The notes beneath the pieces are model-generated. The model was given only the letters and a program-made list of their open reading frames with translations, ran no database searches and was not told where the DNA came from. This document shows positions 28,536-37,363 of a DNA stretch of 64,000 nt, piece by piece. The position numbers and the translations under genes were made by a program. How positions within the stretch are numbered: position 1 is the first letter of the stretch; each line of letters opens with the position of its first letter. The stretch is from IMG/VR virus record IMGVR_UViG_3300044511_000013, positions 8,438 through 72,437 of that record; one strand, given 5' to 3'. This DNA comes from a virus.

Positions 28536-31183
28536 GTGCCGACCTCCAGCAAGCGGCTGCGCAGGTCCGTTCGGGCCTTGGCAACCCACCACTCGCCCGG
28601 CTTGTCCAACTCCACCACGGCATCGACAAGCTCGAATGGGATGGGCTGCCGGTTCTTGGCGTACTCGTCGGTGGCGAAGTACCACTCGGCGTTGGGATCG
28701 ACTTTGATGCGCACGATCACAGCATCGGTCGCCTTCGTCTTCTCCATCGGGAAGTAGAAGGCCCCGGTGCTCCGGGTCGAAGCCACCGTACCCTCGTTGC
28801 CGATGTTCTCCTCGCCCTTGGTCTGAATGAAGCCACGGGCCTGGGCCTCGTCGTACTCCCGCCGATCCATCACTCTGAACACGTGCTGAAGCTGCCGGGG
28901 AGGCCCGACCTTGACGAACGGCCTTAGGCCGTAACCCGGTCGCATCTCGCTCTGGTCGTAATCGGCGACGGTCTTGTCCATGGGCATCGGTGTCCAGTAC
29001 TGGTACTCCAAGCCCATGCGGCCGACGATGTGGCCCTCGTCATCCCAGGCCACGACCATCCTGGCCTCGATCTCACCTTCCTTGAGGTGAACGCCGCCGC
29101 CCACCTTGTTGGGTGCGTACCGCTCCGGGTAGAACCGCTTGGGGTCTTGGAGCAACTTGGCCTCGTCGGTGAGGATGGCGTCCCAGGCCGCCGAGGTATT
29201 GCCTCCCGGCACGCTGATCTTTTTCGGCTGGTGGACGGCCGTCGGTTGGCTCCGGCTGCCCACCTTGACGTACTGGTTGCCCCGGAAGGGGTGGCCCTCG
29301 AAGTCGCCCTTCTCGATGAGCGCAGGATCGGCCGGGTACCCGGAACAAGACTGCTGAACCTCGATGATGGCCCCGATCTCCAGCTCGCTCTTGACAACCT
29401 TGTCGTACCGGAGAGGTGCGTCGTGCTCGGCCAAGGCGACCACCTCGGTCACGAAGCTCACCATGTCCGGGTTGAGCTGACGGTCCTTGCCCTTCCTGAC
29501 GCCGTACTTGTCGGCGAACATGTACGCAAACGTCTCGGCGAAGTGCTCATCGAAGTGCTCTTTGGCGTACCGACTCGGGTAGACGGGCGACCAGAGGTTG
29601 TCGACTCCCATCACCCACCGGAACGTGGTGTTGGTAACGAGACCCTCGAACTGGAAGCGGTCCCCCGGTTCCCTCGGCTTCGTGAACCCGTTGGTGAGCC
29701 AGCCGTGCTTGGCCCGGTTGTACACAGCGTGCCCCATCTCGTGCAGGAACGTGCCCGAGAGCCCCGAGTCGGTGGTGAGGTAACCCGAGTCCACGCTCGC
29801 ATCGTGAAGGCTGGGCTTGGACGCTGCATTGAACCCGATCCCGTGGATGAAACGGACCTTGGTGGAGTTGGCAAGTTGAGCGATGGCGAACGTCGTAGCC
29901 CCACCAGCCGTCTCGCCAAGCTCGCCGCCGTAGTACCCGAAACGAAATGCGTCGAGTCCCCGCAATGTCTCGGGAAAGTCCTGAGCAACCTTGCGCACCG
30001 TCTTGGCCAGCGCCTCGATGTCTGCCTCGGAGACTCCTCGGCCGGGGTCCCCCGGCATGAGCGAGACCTTGGCATTCGGCATGTAGCGCCGGAACTCCTT
30101 CTCCAGACGGTCCATCGTCGGCGTGATAGGGGGGATCGGGTCGCTGATGAACACGTGCGATAGGTACGCCGAAACCGGATGGTCCTGATAGCCCAACTGC
30201 CTTGCCGGGTCCGGTGTCCCGGCACTGGGCACCTTGACGTATTGGTTCCCACGGAAGGGATGACCTGGGTAGTCGCCCTTCTGTAGCTCCTCGATGAAGC
30301 TGGCGGCTGCCGGTGCGAACACGAGCCCCATCGTGCAGCGGCACTGGGGGTGCGCAGCCGGTCGCTCGAACACGCCGTACTTGCCCTCGAAGCTCTTGCC
30401 GATCGCCGCCAGCCTGCCGTGCAGGTCGGCGCATATCTCGCAGCGCTTCTCGTCCTTGGCGGTGATCCACACCCGCTTCGTGAACTCGGGGTCGGGGTCG
30501 ATCATCCCGGCGTCCACTCCCGCTACCCAAGCGTCATCGAGACCGAGGTTCTGAGCGTGCATGATCTCGGTCCTGGCGATGTTCCACGCCCGGTAGGTGC
30601 GGAGCCGTGTCGAGTAGGCCGCCACCTGAGCCCGGCGTGCCGCAGTGTTGACGCCCCGCTTGCGCAGCCCGGCATCGAAGTTGGCGACCGCCTGAGCGTG
30701 CTGGGGGAGCAACCCCACGAGACGCCGGATGAGCGGCACGGCGTCGTCGATGGCCCCGCCGCCCCGGACGATCGTGTCGAGGACCTGGCGAATAGACTCC
30801 TGGGTCGGCGATGTCGTCGCCACCAACCGGTGCGAAAGCTGCGACATGGACTCAACCGCCCACGGGTTCGTGGCGTTGAAGGTCAACTTGGCCGGAACCA
30901 TCGCCGAGACAGCCGCAGAGCCCGCCTGAGCGGCGTGGAGGTACGCCTGGGCCACCAGAGCCCGGATTTGCTCCAGGTCCAGCCACAGGCCCTCTAGCGC
31001 TGAGGCACTGGGATAGACGCCCCGCTCCATCTCGGTGAGGACCTTGCGCAGCGCATCGGAGCGATTGAGCCGCCCCACTGAGCGCAGGAAGGCACGGGCG
31101 ATCTGAGGCTCAAGCTGATTCGAGACGAGCCGCAGCACCCCCGCCAGCCTGGCCCCGTCGATCTGGACGTTGGCACCGGCCAC
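28532..31183 (-). CDS. MuF-like minor head protein fused to a tagged HExxH peptidase and a tagged C-terminal domain
   Basis: RA.NIARTE, W.TA.D...C.IC..LHG, HPQCRC (MuF); two tags; FLHEMGH..SRYA...EHFAE. Confidence 0.85.
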   Translation of the reverse strand: MAGANVQIDGARLAGVLRLVSNQLEPQIARAFLRSVGRLNRSDALRKVLTEMERGVYPSASALEGLWLDLEQIRALVAQAYLHAAQAGSAAVSAMVPAKLTFNATNPWAVESMSQLSHRLVATTSPTQESIRQVLDTIVRGGGAIDDAVPLIRRLVGLLPQHAQAVANFDAGLRKRGVNTAARRAQVAAYSTRLRTYRAWNIARTEIMHAQNLGLDDAWVAGVDAGMIDPDPEFTKRVWITAKDEKRCEICADLHGRLAAIGKSFEGKYGVFERPAAHPQCRCTMGLVFAPAAASFIEELQKGDYPGHPFRGNQYVKVPSAGTPDPARQLGYQDHPVSAYLSHVFISDPIPPITPTMDRLEKEFRRYMPNAKVSLMPGDPGRGVSEADIEALAKTVRKVAQDFPETLRGLDAFRFGYYGGELGETAGGATTFAIAQLANSTKVRFIHGIGFNAASKPSLHDASVDSGYLTTDSGLSGTFLHEMGHAVYNRAKHGWLTNGFTKPREPGDRFQFEGLVTNTTFRWVMGVDNLWSPVYPSRYAKEHFDEHFAETFAYMFADKYGVRKGKDRQLNPDMVSFVTEVVALAEHDAPLRYDKVVKSELEIGAIIEVQQSCSGYPADPALIEKGDFEGHPFRGNQYVKVGSRSQPTAVHQPKKISVPGGNTSAAWDAILTDEAKLLQDPKRFYPERYAPNKVGGGVHLKEGEIEARMVVAWDDEGHIVGRMGLEYQYWTPMPMDKTVADYDQSEMRPGYGLRPFVKVGPPRQLQHVFRVMDRREYDEAQARGFIQTKGEENIGNEGTVASTRSTGAFYFPMEKTKATDAVIVRIKVDPNAEWYFATDEYAKNRQPIPFELVDAVVELDKPGEWWVAKARTDLRSRLLEVGT

Positions 31184-31186
31184 GGG

Positions 31187-32860
31187 TCACCGCTGCTTCT
31201 TGGCAGGCACCGGACGCCTGCCCGGAGGGGTAGGCGGAGGCGTCGGTGGAGGCATGGGCGGAGGTGCGTTGCCCATCGGCCCCGGAGGTGGCTGCTGCTT
31301 GTCCTTCTCGTCGTCGTCCTTCTTGCCCTTCTCGTCCTCGTCCTCGTCGTCGGGCAACTGGTACCCGGCACCGGCCAGCATCCCGGCCCCGGTCTCCATG
31401 CCGCCCTCCGCCATGAGCATCTGCTGATCCCGCATCTGCGATTCCAGCTCGGCCGACTCGATCTCGTTCTGGCGGGCCAGCTCGGCCATCTCCTCTCGGT
31501 GGGCCAGGTCCTCGTCGGTCATCTCCGGGAGCTTGGCCGCTGCCCGCAGGTACTTCTCCAGCTCGGGGTCCGGGAAGAACGGCACGCCCGCTGCACTGAG
31601 CTTGCTGATGAAGTCGGAGAGCTGGGTCAGGTCCGGCTGCTCGATGTCGCCAGGCACGATCTCAGGGTGGTCCTCCAGCTCCATGCCGTTGACTTCGAGC
31701 AAGCGTGGGATGGCGTGGCGGTTGATGACCCCGGCGATCGTCTTGAGCAAGCTGCCGAGGCTCAAGCTGAAGATGTTGGTCTTGTCGGAACTGAGGGCGT
31801 AGCTGCCCACGTCCTTGTGCCCGAGAAGCACGAAGTCGGCCAGCACGGTCATGGCGATGTGCTCGGCGTAGCGCCGGATGATCGGGTCGGTCGGAAACTG
31901 GCGGGTCCCCGCACTGGCGAGCAACTGGAACTCGTACACCAGGTTGTTGTTCTGGTCGTAGACCCGAGGGAAGACCACGCCCTCCTGCTGATCCCGGCGC
32001 ACGTTCTTGACCAGCTTCTCGATCGACGTGCGCATGGCCACGTCGCCCGCCGCTGCATCGGGACTCAAGATGGCCGGGTCCACGTAGGCGATCGGCAGAC
32101 CGGCCAGGTCCCGCTCGACGCCGATGGCCTCGATCTCCTCGATGCGCTTCTTGAAGTACCACGGCCGGTAGGCGTTGCGCAGGATCGACCGGCCCTCGGG
32201 ACTGTTCTTGTACGTCGTGGTGCGGAACAGGAGTGCCTTCTCGATGGGGATGTAGACCAGGTTGTTCCTGGGGATGGCGTACTGCCAGAAGCCCCGGATG
32301 CCGCCGTGGTCATCGAAGACCCACTTGGCGAGCGTGTCCTGTGCCCGCAGTGCGAACTTGCGCCATGCGATCCGGTCGTCGTCGTAGCGAGACCGAAGTT
32401 GGGGCGTCTCGGCCTGCGGACCCCTGCGCAGCTTGTAGACGATCTCGAAGAAGCTCCAGCCGTACGGCAGCATCGACATGACCTCGGAGATGAAGTCCTC
32501 CCAGGTGTGGCTCATGTCGTCGATGCACTGCTGGAGGAACTCGACCCGGCCGTCGTCCTCCTTGCCGGGGGACTCGACCCGCCACTCGACCTGGCGCACG
32601 AGCGTGTCGATCGCCTGGAGGATGGCCCCGATGATCGGGTCGTTGTCCCGCATCTCCCGGTAGACCTGGACCCCACGGGTCCCTTGGAGGTGCTGAAGGA
32701 ACTCCTCGTTGACGTACCCGGACCATCTGCGCAGGCCCGACTGGCCCAGTTCGAGGTAGCCGAGGCCGTCGATCTCGACAACAACCCCGTCGGGAATCTC
32801 CGGTGCAGCGAAGGGGTGCTGGCCGTTGGGGCCGTTGGGGAGGTTGTCGACGAAGGTCAT
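31187..32860 (-). CDS. Portal protein (Mu gp29/DUF935-like)
   Basis: E+G.SG, Y.EM..ND..+, YGWS.FE.VY, GRS.LR.AY..W.FK, G.ERDLAG.P, GS.AL motifs. Confidence 0.9.
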   Translation of the reverse strand: MTFVDNLPNGPNGQHPFAAPEIPDGVVVEIDGLGYLELGQSGLRRWSGYVNEEFLQHLQGTRGVQVYREMRDNDPIIGAILQAIDTLVRQVEWRVESPGKEDDGRVEFLQQCIDDMSHTWEDFISEVMSMLPYGWSFFEIVYKLRRGPQAETPQLRSRYDDDRIAWRKFALRAQDTLAKWVFDDHGGIRGFWQYAIPRNNLVYIPIEKALLFRTTTYKNSPEGRSILRNAYRPWYFKKRIEEIEAIGVERDLAGLPIAYVDPAILSPDAAAGDVAMRTSIEKLVKNVRRDQQEGVVFPRVYDQNNNLVYEFQLLASAGTRQFPTDPIIRRYAEHIAMTVLADFVLLGHKDVGSYALSSDKTNIFSLSLGSLLKTIAGVINRHAIPRLLEVNGMELEDHPEIVPGDIEQPDLTQLSDFISKLSAAGVPFFPDPELEKYLRAAAKLPEMTDEDLAHREEMAELARQNEIESAELESQMRDQQMLMAEGGMETGAGMLAGAGYQLPDDEDEDEKGKKDDDEKDKQQPPPGPMGNAPPPMPPPTPPPTPPGRRPVPAKKQR

Positions 32861-33189
32861 GCCAACGCCGCCATGATCTGGATGACGTTGTGGCCGTCAT
32901 TCGGGAAGGTCGCCGTCTTGGTGTCGGGGAAGGTCACTTCCCACTCGGCGTAGTAGTGCCCGGCTGTGTCGACATCGTTGGCCGCCCAGTCGTAGCGCAC
33001 CGTGTGCAGCGTGGCGTCCACGATGGCAGCAACCTGCCGGTTGACCTTGATGACGTTGGTAAGCACGTTGGTCATGGTGAACCGCACCGTGCTACCGGTG
33101 AGAGACCACGTGACCCCCGAGCTATCGCTCAGAGTGGCGTAGATGCTCGGGGACCGATCCCCGACCTTGAGCGAGAAGTCGGCCATCAA
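32857..33189 (-). CDS. BppU-N-like virion protein
   Basis: K.GD..P.+...L.D...LTG.TV.F...V.Y.W...D....G.Y.AE.EV.F.D....TFP. Confidence 0.6.
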   Translation of the reverse strand: MMADFSLKVGDRSPSIYATLSDSSGVTWSLTGSTVRFTMTNVLTNVIKVNRQVAAIVDATLHTVRYDWAANDVDTAGHYYAEWEVTFPDTKTATFPNDGHNVIQIMAALA

Positions 33190-34508
33190 CCAATTGTGGC
33201 ACGGGTACCACCGCTGACGGTGGCCTTGCCCGCACCGACCACGGCTGCACCAGTGTGGCCGCCGTTGACAGTGGCGTAGGTCGGGTACTTGATGGCGAAG
33301 TTGACCGTGGCAAGGAACCCGGCGATGGCGAGCGCCGTGTCGTGCTCGACCGACACCGTGATGGCCTTGGCCTTGACCCCGGTGAGCGCCAGGCCCAGGT
33401 CGTGCTCGATGGCCACCGTGAGCGTCTTCGCCTTGCTGTGCCCCAGCCCCAGCGCAGTATCGGCCTCGGTGCTGATCCCGAGGCTCTTGGCCTTGAGCTT
33501 GCCGAGGCCCAGCGCCGTGTCACGTTCGCTGCCGATGCCGAGTGCGTTCGACCCCGTGATGCCAAGCCCCAGGTCCCGTTCGGCTGCGAGCGTGGACCCC
33601 TTCGCCTTGGACTTGCTGATAGCCAAGCCAAGGTCGACCTCGGAAGCCAGCGTGAAGGTCTTGGACTTGGCCTTGCCGAGACCCAACGCAGTATCGGCCT
33701 CACTGGCCAGCGTGAATGCCTTCGCCTTGGCCTTGCCTACACCGAGCGCCGTATCGGCTTCGCTGGCCAGCGTGAAGCCCTTGGCCTTCGCCGTGGTCTC
33801 TGCCAGGCCCAGGTCGATCTCAGTGGCGAGCGTGAACGCCTTGGCCTTCGCCTTGGTCAGGCCGAGCGCCGTGTCGGCCTCGGTGGCAACCGTGAACGCC
33901 TTGGACTTGGCCTTGGTCGGAGCCAACGCCGTGTCGTGCTCCGTGGCAGTGCCGATGATGCCGCCAGCGGAGATGGCCAAAGCAAGATCACGCTCGGAGG
34001 CGAGGGTGAAGCTCTTGGCCTTGGACTGGCCCACCGCCAGGCCCAGGTCCACTTCGCTGGCGAGCGTTTCCGACTTCGCCTTGGCCTTGCCGATGGCCAG
34101 GCCCAGGTCCACTTCGCTGGCAAGCGTGAACGCCTTCGCCTTCGCCTTGCCGACCGCCAGCGCCAGGTCGTGCTCGGTGGCCGTGACCGGTGCAACGCCG
34201 AATGAGAGCGCCAGGTCCCGTTCGGAGCCGAGTGTGAACGCCTTGGCCTTCGCCTTGCCAATAGCCAGCGCCAGATCGACCTCGGTAGCGATCCCGAACG
34301 CCTTGGCCTTGGCCTTCCCGGTGGCCAGTGCCAGGTCGACTTCGGTGGCGAGCGTGGGGGTAGCGGCCTTCGCCTTGCCCGTGGCAATCGCCAGGTCGAC
34401 CTCGGTGGCGATCCCGATGTTCGATGAGAGACCGCCCGCCGCCTGTCCACGCAGCGTGTCCCCACCCCGAAGGGTGGAGGCAGCTTTGCGTAGGACAAGC
34501 GTGGCCAT
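33186..34508 (-). CDS. Tandem-repeat fibre-like protein (~19 x 20-aa units)
   Basis: Unit A(T/S)ExD(L/T)ALxxGKAKAKAFTL; 60-nt periodicity. Confidence 0.75.
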   Translation of the reverse strand: MATLVLRKAASTLRGGDTLRGQAAGGLSSNIGIATEVDLAIATGKAKAATPTLATEVDLALATGKAKAKAFGIATEVDLALAIGKAKAKAFTLGSERDLALSFGVAPVTATEHDLALAVGKAKAKAFTLASEVDLGLAIGKAKAKSETLASEVDLGLAVGQSKAKSFTLASERDLALAISAGGIIGTATEHDTALAPTKAKSKAFTVATEADTALGLTKAKAKAFTLATEIDLGLAETTAKAKGFTLASEADTALGVGKAKAKAFTLASEADTALGLGKAKSKTFTLASEVDLGLAISKSKAKGSTLAAERDLGLGITGSNALGIGSERDTALGLGKLKAKSLGISTEADTALGLGHSKAKTLTVAIEHDLGLALTGVKAKAITVSVEHDTALAIAGFLATVNFAIKYPTYATVNGGHTGAAVVGAGKATVSGGTRATIG

Positions 34509-34517
34509 GCTGATCCC

Positions 34518-35195
34518 CTAGTTCGGGAGCACCGTGTCGAGTGTGGACTTGATCAAGTCGGCGTAACCGGCGTAGCCACTGGGGCTGTAGTGAATGCCGT
34601 CAGGATCGAACCAGGCCGGGTAGTTCGCCTCGGCCACATTGCGCCACTGCACGAAGACCAGGTTCGGCCAGCGAGCCCGAGCGTTCCAGAGCGATTGGTT
34701 GATCGTCAGGCAGCCTTGCGTACGGTCGGCAGGGACATGGGTGCAGGTCAGGTTGCTCCACAAGACCGGCTTGCCGCCGAGTTGCGCCATGAGCCAGTCG
34801 ATCTTCTGGCTCCACCATGCGTATCCGTGCGTCGTCGCCGTCCCGGCCGTCTTGCTGTCGACCACGCCGAGGTTGACCACGTAGGCATCGGCGAGGGGAA
34901 GGTCCCGCAACCGCTGCGCCCAGTAGTCGGTCGCCGCTGGGTTCGGGCACGCCTGGCCGGGGTCACAGCCGTTCCAGTAGAGGCCCGCACCGTGCCGCAC
35001 TGCGAACGTGCCGACATAGCCGACCTGACTCGGCGAGAGCACCGTGATGAGCTGGGAGGCCCCGTTGCTGATGTTCGAGTCGCCCAGGAACGTGACCTTG
35101 GCCTTGACATCCCCGGCAGGTGCGCCCGTGAACCCGAGCGCCACCGTCGCCGAGAGAAAGGCCAGCACGGCCCCGCAAAGGACCGCTCGCCTCAC
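34518..35195 (-). CDS. Secreted SGNH/GDSL hydrolase
   Basis: Signal-peptide-like N-terminus; FLGDSN block I; DGIHYS..GY block V. Confidence 0.8.
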   Translation of the reverse strand: MRRAVLCGAVLAFLSATVALGFTGAPAGDVKAKVTFLGDSNISNGASQLITVLSPSQVGYVGTFAVRHGAGLYWNGCDPGQACPNPAATDYWAQRLRDLPLADAYVVNLGVVDSKTAGTATTHGYAWWSQKIDWLMAQLGGKPVLWSNLTCTHVPADRTQGCLTINQSLWNARARWPNLVFVQWRNVAEANYPAWFDPDGIHYSPSGYAGYADLIKSTLDTVLPN

Positions 35196-36397
35196 AGGTA
35201 CGTCCAGATGATCGCCCGGCCTCGACGGCCGGTGCCGCCAGCACCCGAGTTGCCAACCGAGTTGGTAGCTGCGCCACCACCGCCACCACCGGACCCGTAG
35301 AGGCCGCCGAGAGCGCCCGCACCGCCGTTGCCCGAGGTTGCCGTCGAACCTGCGCCACCACCGCCGCCACCGGAGCCACCTTGCACAGACGTAGTGTCGG
35401 ATGGCTGTGAACCTGCGGTACCCGCTACCCCGGCACCTGTCGAGGCTACGCCTGGTGCGCCGCCACCGCCTTCGGTGATCGAGACCGCTACACCGCCATA
35501 TTCGCCGTCGTACTTGACATCGGCGGCGTCGATCGAACCGCCAGCGCCCCCGCCAGCGGGACCGAACCCGGTTGCCTTGCCACCGACAATCGTGCCTGGA
35601 GCACTGAGAACGGCGGTCCCGCCGTAGCCCAGGCCAGCAGCAGTTGTCCCGACGGCAGCAGACGGAAAGGCGTAGGCAACCCCGGCGTCCCCGCCCGTCC
35701 CGGTCGAGGCACCGCCAGGACCGCCGCTCCCGCCCGCTGCGCTGTAGTTCCAGAACGTCGTCGCCGTGCCTGAGTTGCCTGCGTTGCCGTTCGTGCTGTT
35801 CCCCGAGACTGCGGCACCTCCGGTGCCACCGTTGCCGATCGTTACAGTCATCTCGGCACTGAGCTGCAACCGGTCGAGGATGGCATAGACAAGCCCGCCA
35901 GGACCGCCTCCCCCGCCGCCTTTGCGGTCAGTGCCGTTCGCCCCCTTGCGACCGCTGGCACCGCCGCCGCCGCCACCGATCAGGAGGATCGTGATGAACC
36001 GTGTCTCCGGGTGCATGTACCACGTGTAGTTGCCTGCGGCCCCGGTGTAGTCGTTGACGGTCGTCGGCGTCTGCGCCGTGACCATCCACTTGGTCCCGCC
36101 GTCGGAGCGCAACCGGATCGTGGCGTACGGACGAATCAACGGCCAGTAGGTCGTGCTCGCCACGCCGTTGATCGCATCGCCGGTCTGACACCAGACCTTG
36201 AGCGGGTACGACAGGTTGAAGTAGCCGCCTGCGTCGAGAATGGTGATCTCGTCGCCGGGGTTCATGCTGCTTGCGAGCGGCAGCGTCCAGTTCCTGATGG
36301 CTGTCCAGGCCACTGAGGTGACCACCGTCCGGTCGACGTTGAGAATCTGGTAGTCCTCGTCACCGACCGTGGCCAGATCGCCGTTCCATGTGGGCAT
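35192..36397 (-). CDS. Glycine-rich virion fibre-like protein
   Basis: TLP.A....G..+.+.D..G module followed by GGGGGG.SG...GGGGG..G Gly-rich domain ending G.G..G.++I. Confidence 0.65.
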   Translation of the reverse strand: MPTWNGDLATVGDEDYQILNVDRTVVTSVAWTAIRNWTLPLASSMNPGDEITILDAGGYFNLSYPLKVWCQTGDAINGVASTTYWPLIRPYATIRLRSDGGTKWMVTAQTPTTVNDYTGAAGNYTWYMHPETRFITILLIGGGGGGASGRKGANGTDRKGGGGGGPGGLVYAILDRLQLSAEMTVTIGNGGTGGAAVSGNSTNGNAGNSGTATTFWNYSAAGGSGGPGGASTGTGGDAGVAYAFPSAAVGTTAAGLGYGGTAVLSAPGTIVGGKATGFGPAGGGAGGSIDAADVKYDGEYGGVAVSITEGGGGAPGVASTGAGVAGTAGSQPSDTTSVQGGSGGGGGGAGSTATSGNGGAGALGGLYGSGGGGGGAATNSVGNSGAGGTGRRGRAIIWTYL

Positions 36398-36412
36398 GAG
36401 CTGATCCTTCCG

Positions 36413-37360
36413 CTACCAACAAACAAAGACTGCGTAGCCGGGTCCGCCCCTGCCGCCTGCCCCGCCTGCCGAGGTACCTGCGCCGCCCCCACCGCCCCCG
36501 CAACCGGGAGCCCCTATCCCACCGGCGAACCCGGTGCCCGTAGTGCTGCCCCCGCCGATCCCGCCGTAGCCGATCCAACCGCCGTACGACGATCCAGGCT
36601 CGAACCACAACCCGTCCGAGCCCTTGGCCGCTGCCACGCCGTTGAGCGACGGCAGTGGCCCCGCCCCGGTGATGCTGCCGCCCGCCTGGTTCGCTGTGTC
36701 ACGGCCGCCGCCGCCAGTGCCGCCGCACGTCCACGAGGTCGCCAGGATGCTGACACTGGTACCGGGGTTGTCTCTGCCGCCACCTTTCGTGCCTGCGCCA
36801 CCGGCCACTCCGATTTGGGCTCCGTCGACAAGACCTGGGCACACCAGGCCGCCGAGCCAACCCGACAATTGGGCGTTCGCCACCACGAGGCTGCCTACCC
36901 CGCCGTCCCCACCGGAGGTGGTGTTTCCCCCGGTCTGCCCGCCTTGCCCACCTGCCGCCTGAGTGGCCGTGCTGACCACGAAGCTGTACCCCAGCGTGCT
37001 GTTGGGCTCGAACCCGACAACCCTCGTGGCGATCCCGCCACCACCGTTCGTCCCGGCTGCGCTCGACCCGCCCGCACCACCGGTACCGCCGATCCCGGCC
37101 GTCACGTAGCACTGGGCTGGCACCGCCACACCCGGAAACAGTTTCGAGTGCACCGCTCCAGCGCCGCCCCCACCGCCGCCTGCGGGCCGAGACGCTTGGC
37201 CGTTGCCGCCCCCACCGCCTGCGCCAGCGCCAACCGCCACCATGTAGACCCAACGTGCCCAGCTCGGCTTGGACCACGGTTGTTGCTCAGTCGTGGTGTT
37301 CGTGACGCCGATGATCGTGGAGACGCTCGTGGCGTTGTCGAGAGTGAGAAAGGTGGTCAT
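36413..37360 (-). CDS. Glycine-rich domain protein
   Basis: W.KP..A.WV...+GAG.GGGGG; ends GGAGG.GG.G. Confidence 0.65.
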   Translation of the reverse strand: MTTFLTLDNATSVSTIIGVTNTTTEQQPWSKPSWARWVYMVAVGAGAGGGGGNGQASRPAGGGGGGAGAVHSKLFPGVAVPAQCYVTAGIGGTGGAGGSSAAGTNGGGGIATRVVGFEPNSTLGYSFVVSTATQAAGGQGGQTGGNTTSGGDGGVGSLVVANAQLSGWLGGLVCPGLVDGAQIGVAGGAGTKGGGRDNPGTSVSILATSWTCGGTGGGGRDTANQAGGSITGAGPLPSLNGVAAAKGSDGLWFEPGSSYGGWIGYGGIGGGSTTGTGFAGGIGAPGCGGGGGGAGTSAGGAGGRGGPGYAVFVCW

Positions 37361-37363
37361 CGC

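Larger units (their letters stand above)
19310..30280 (-). repeat. Dispersed in-frame ~42-nt repeat encoding KG(D/E)xxGHPFRGNQ(Y/H), 10 copies
   Basis: Copies at 30239-30280, 29270-29311, 28461-28502, 27531-27572, 26450-26491, 23388-23429, 22069-22110, 20834-20875, 19379-19420 and 19310-19345 (last lacks the K). Confidence 0.95.

Noticed and set aside
19310-30280. GHPFRGNQ nucleotide repeats as a CRISPR array or DGR repeats
   Set aside because: Spacing is irregular (70 nt to 3 kb), all copies are in frame with synonymous variation, and no cas operon or reverse transcriptase is present
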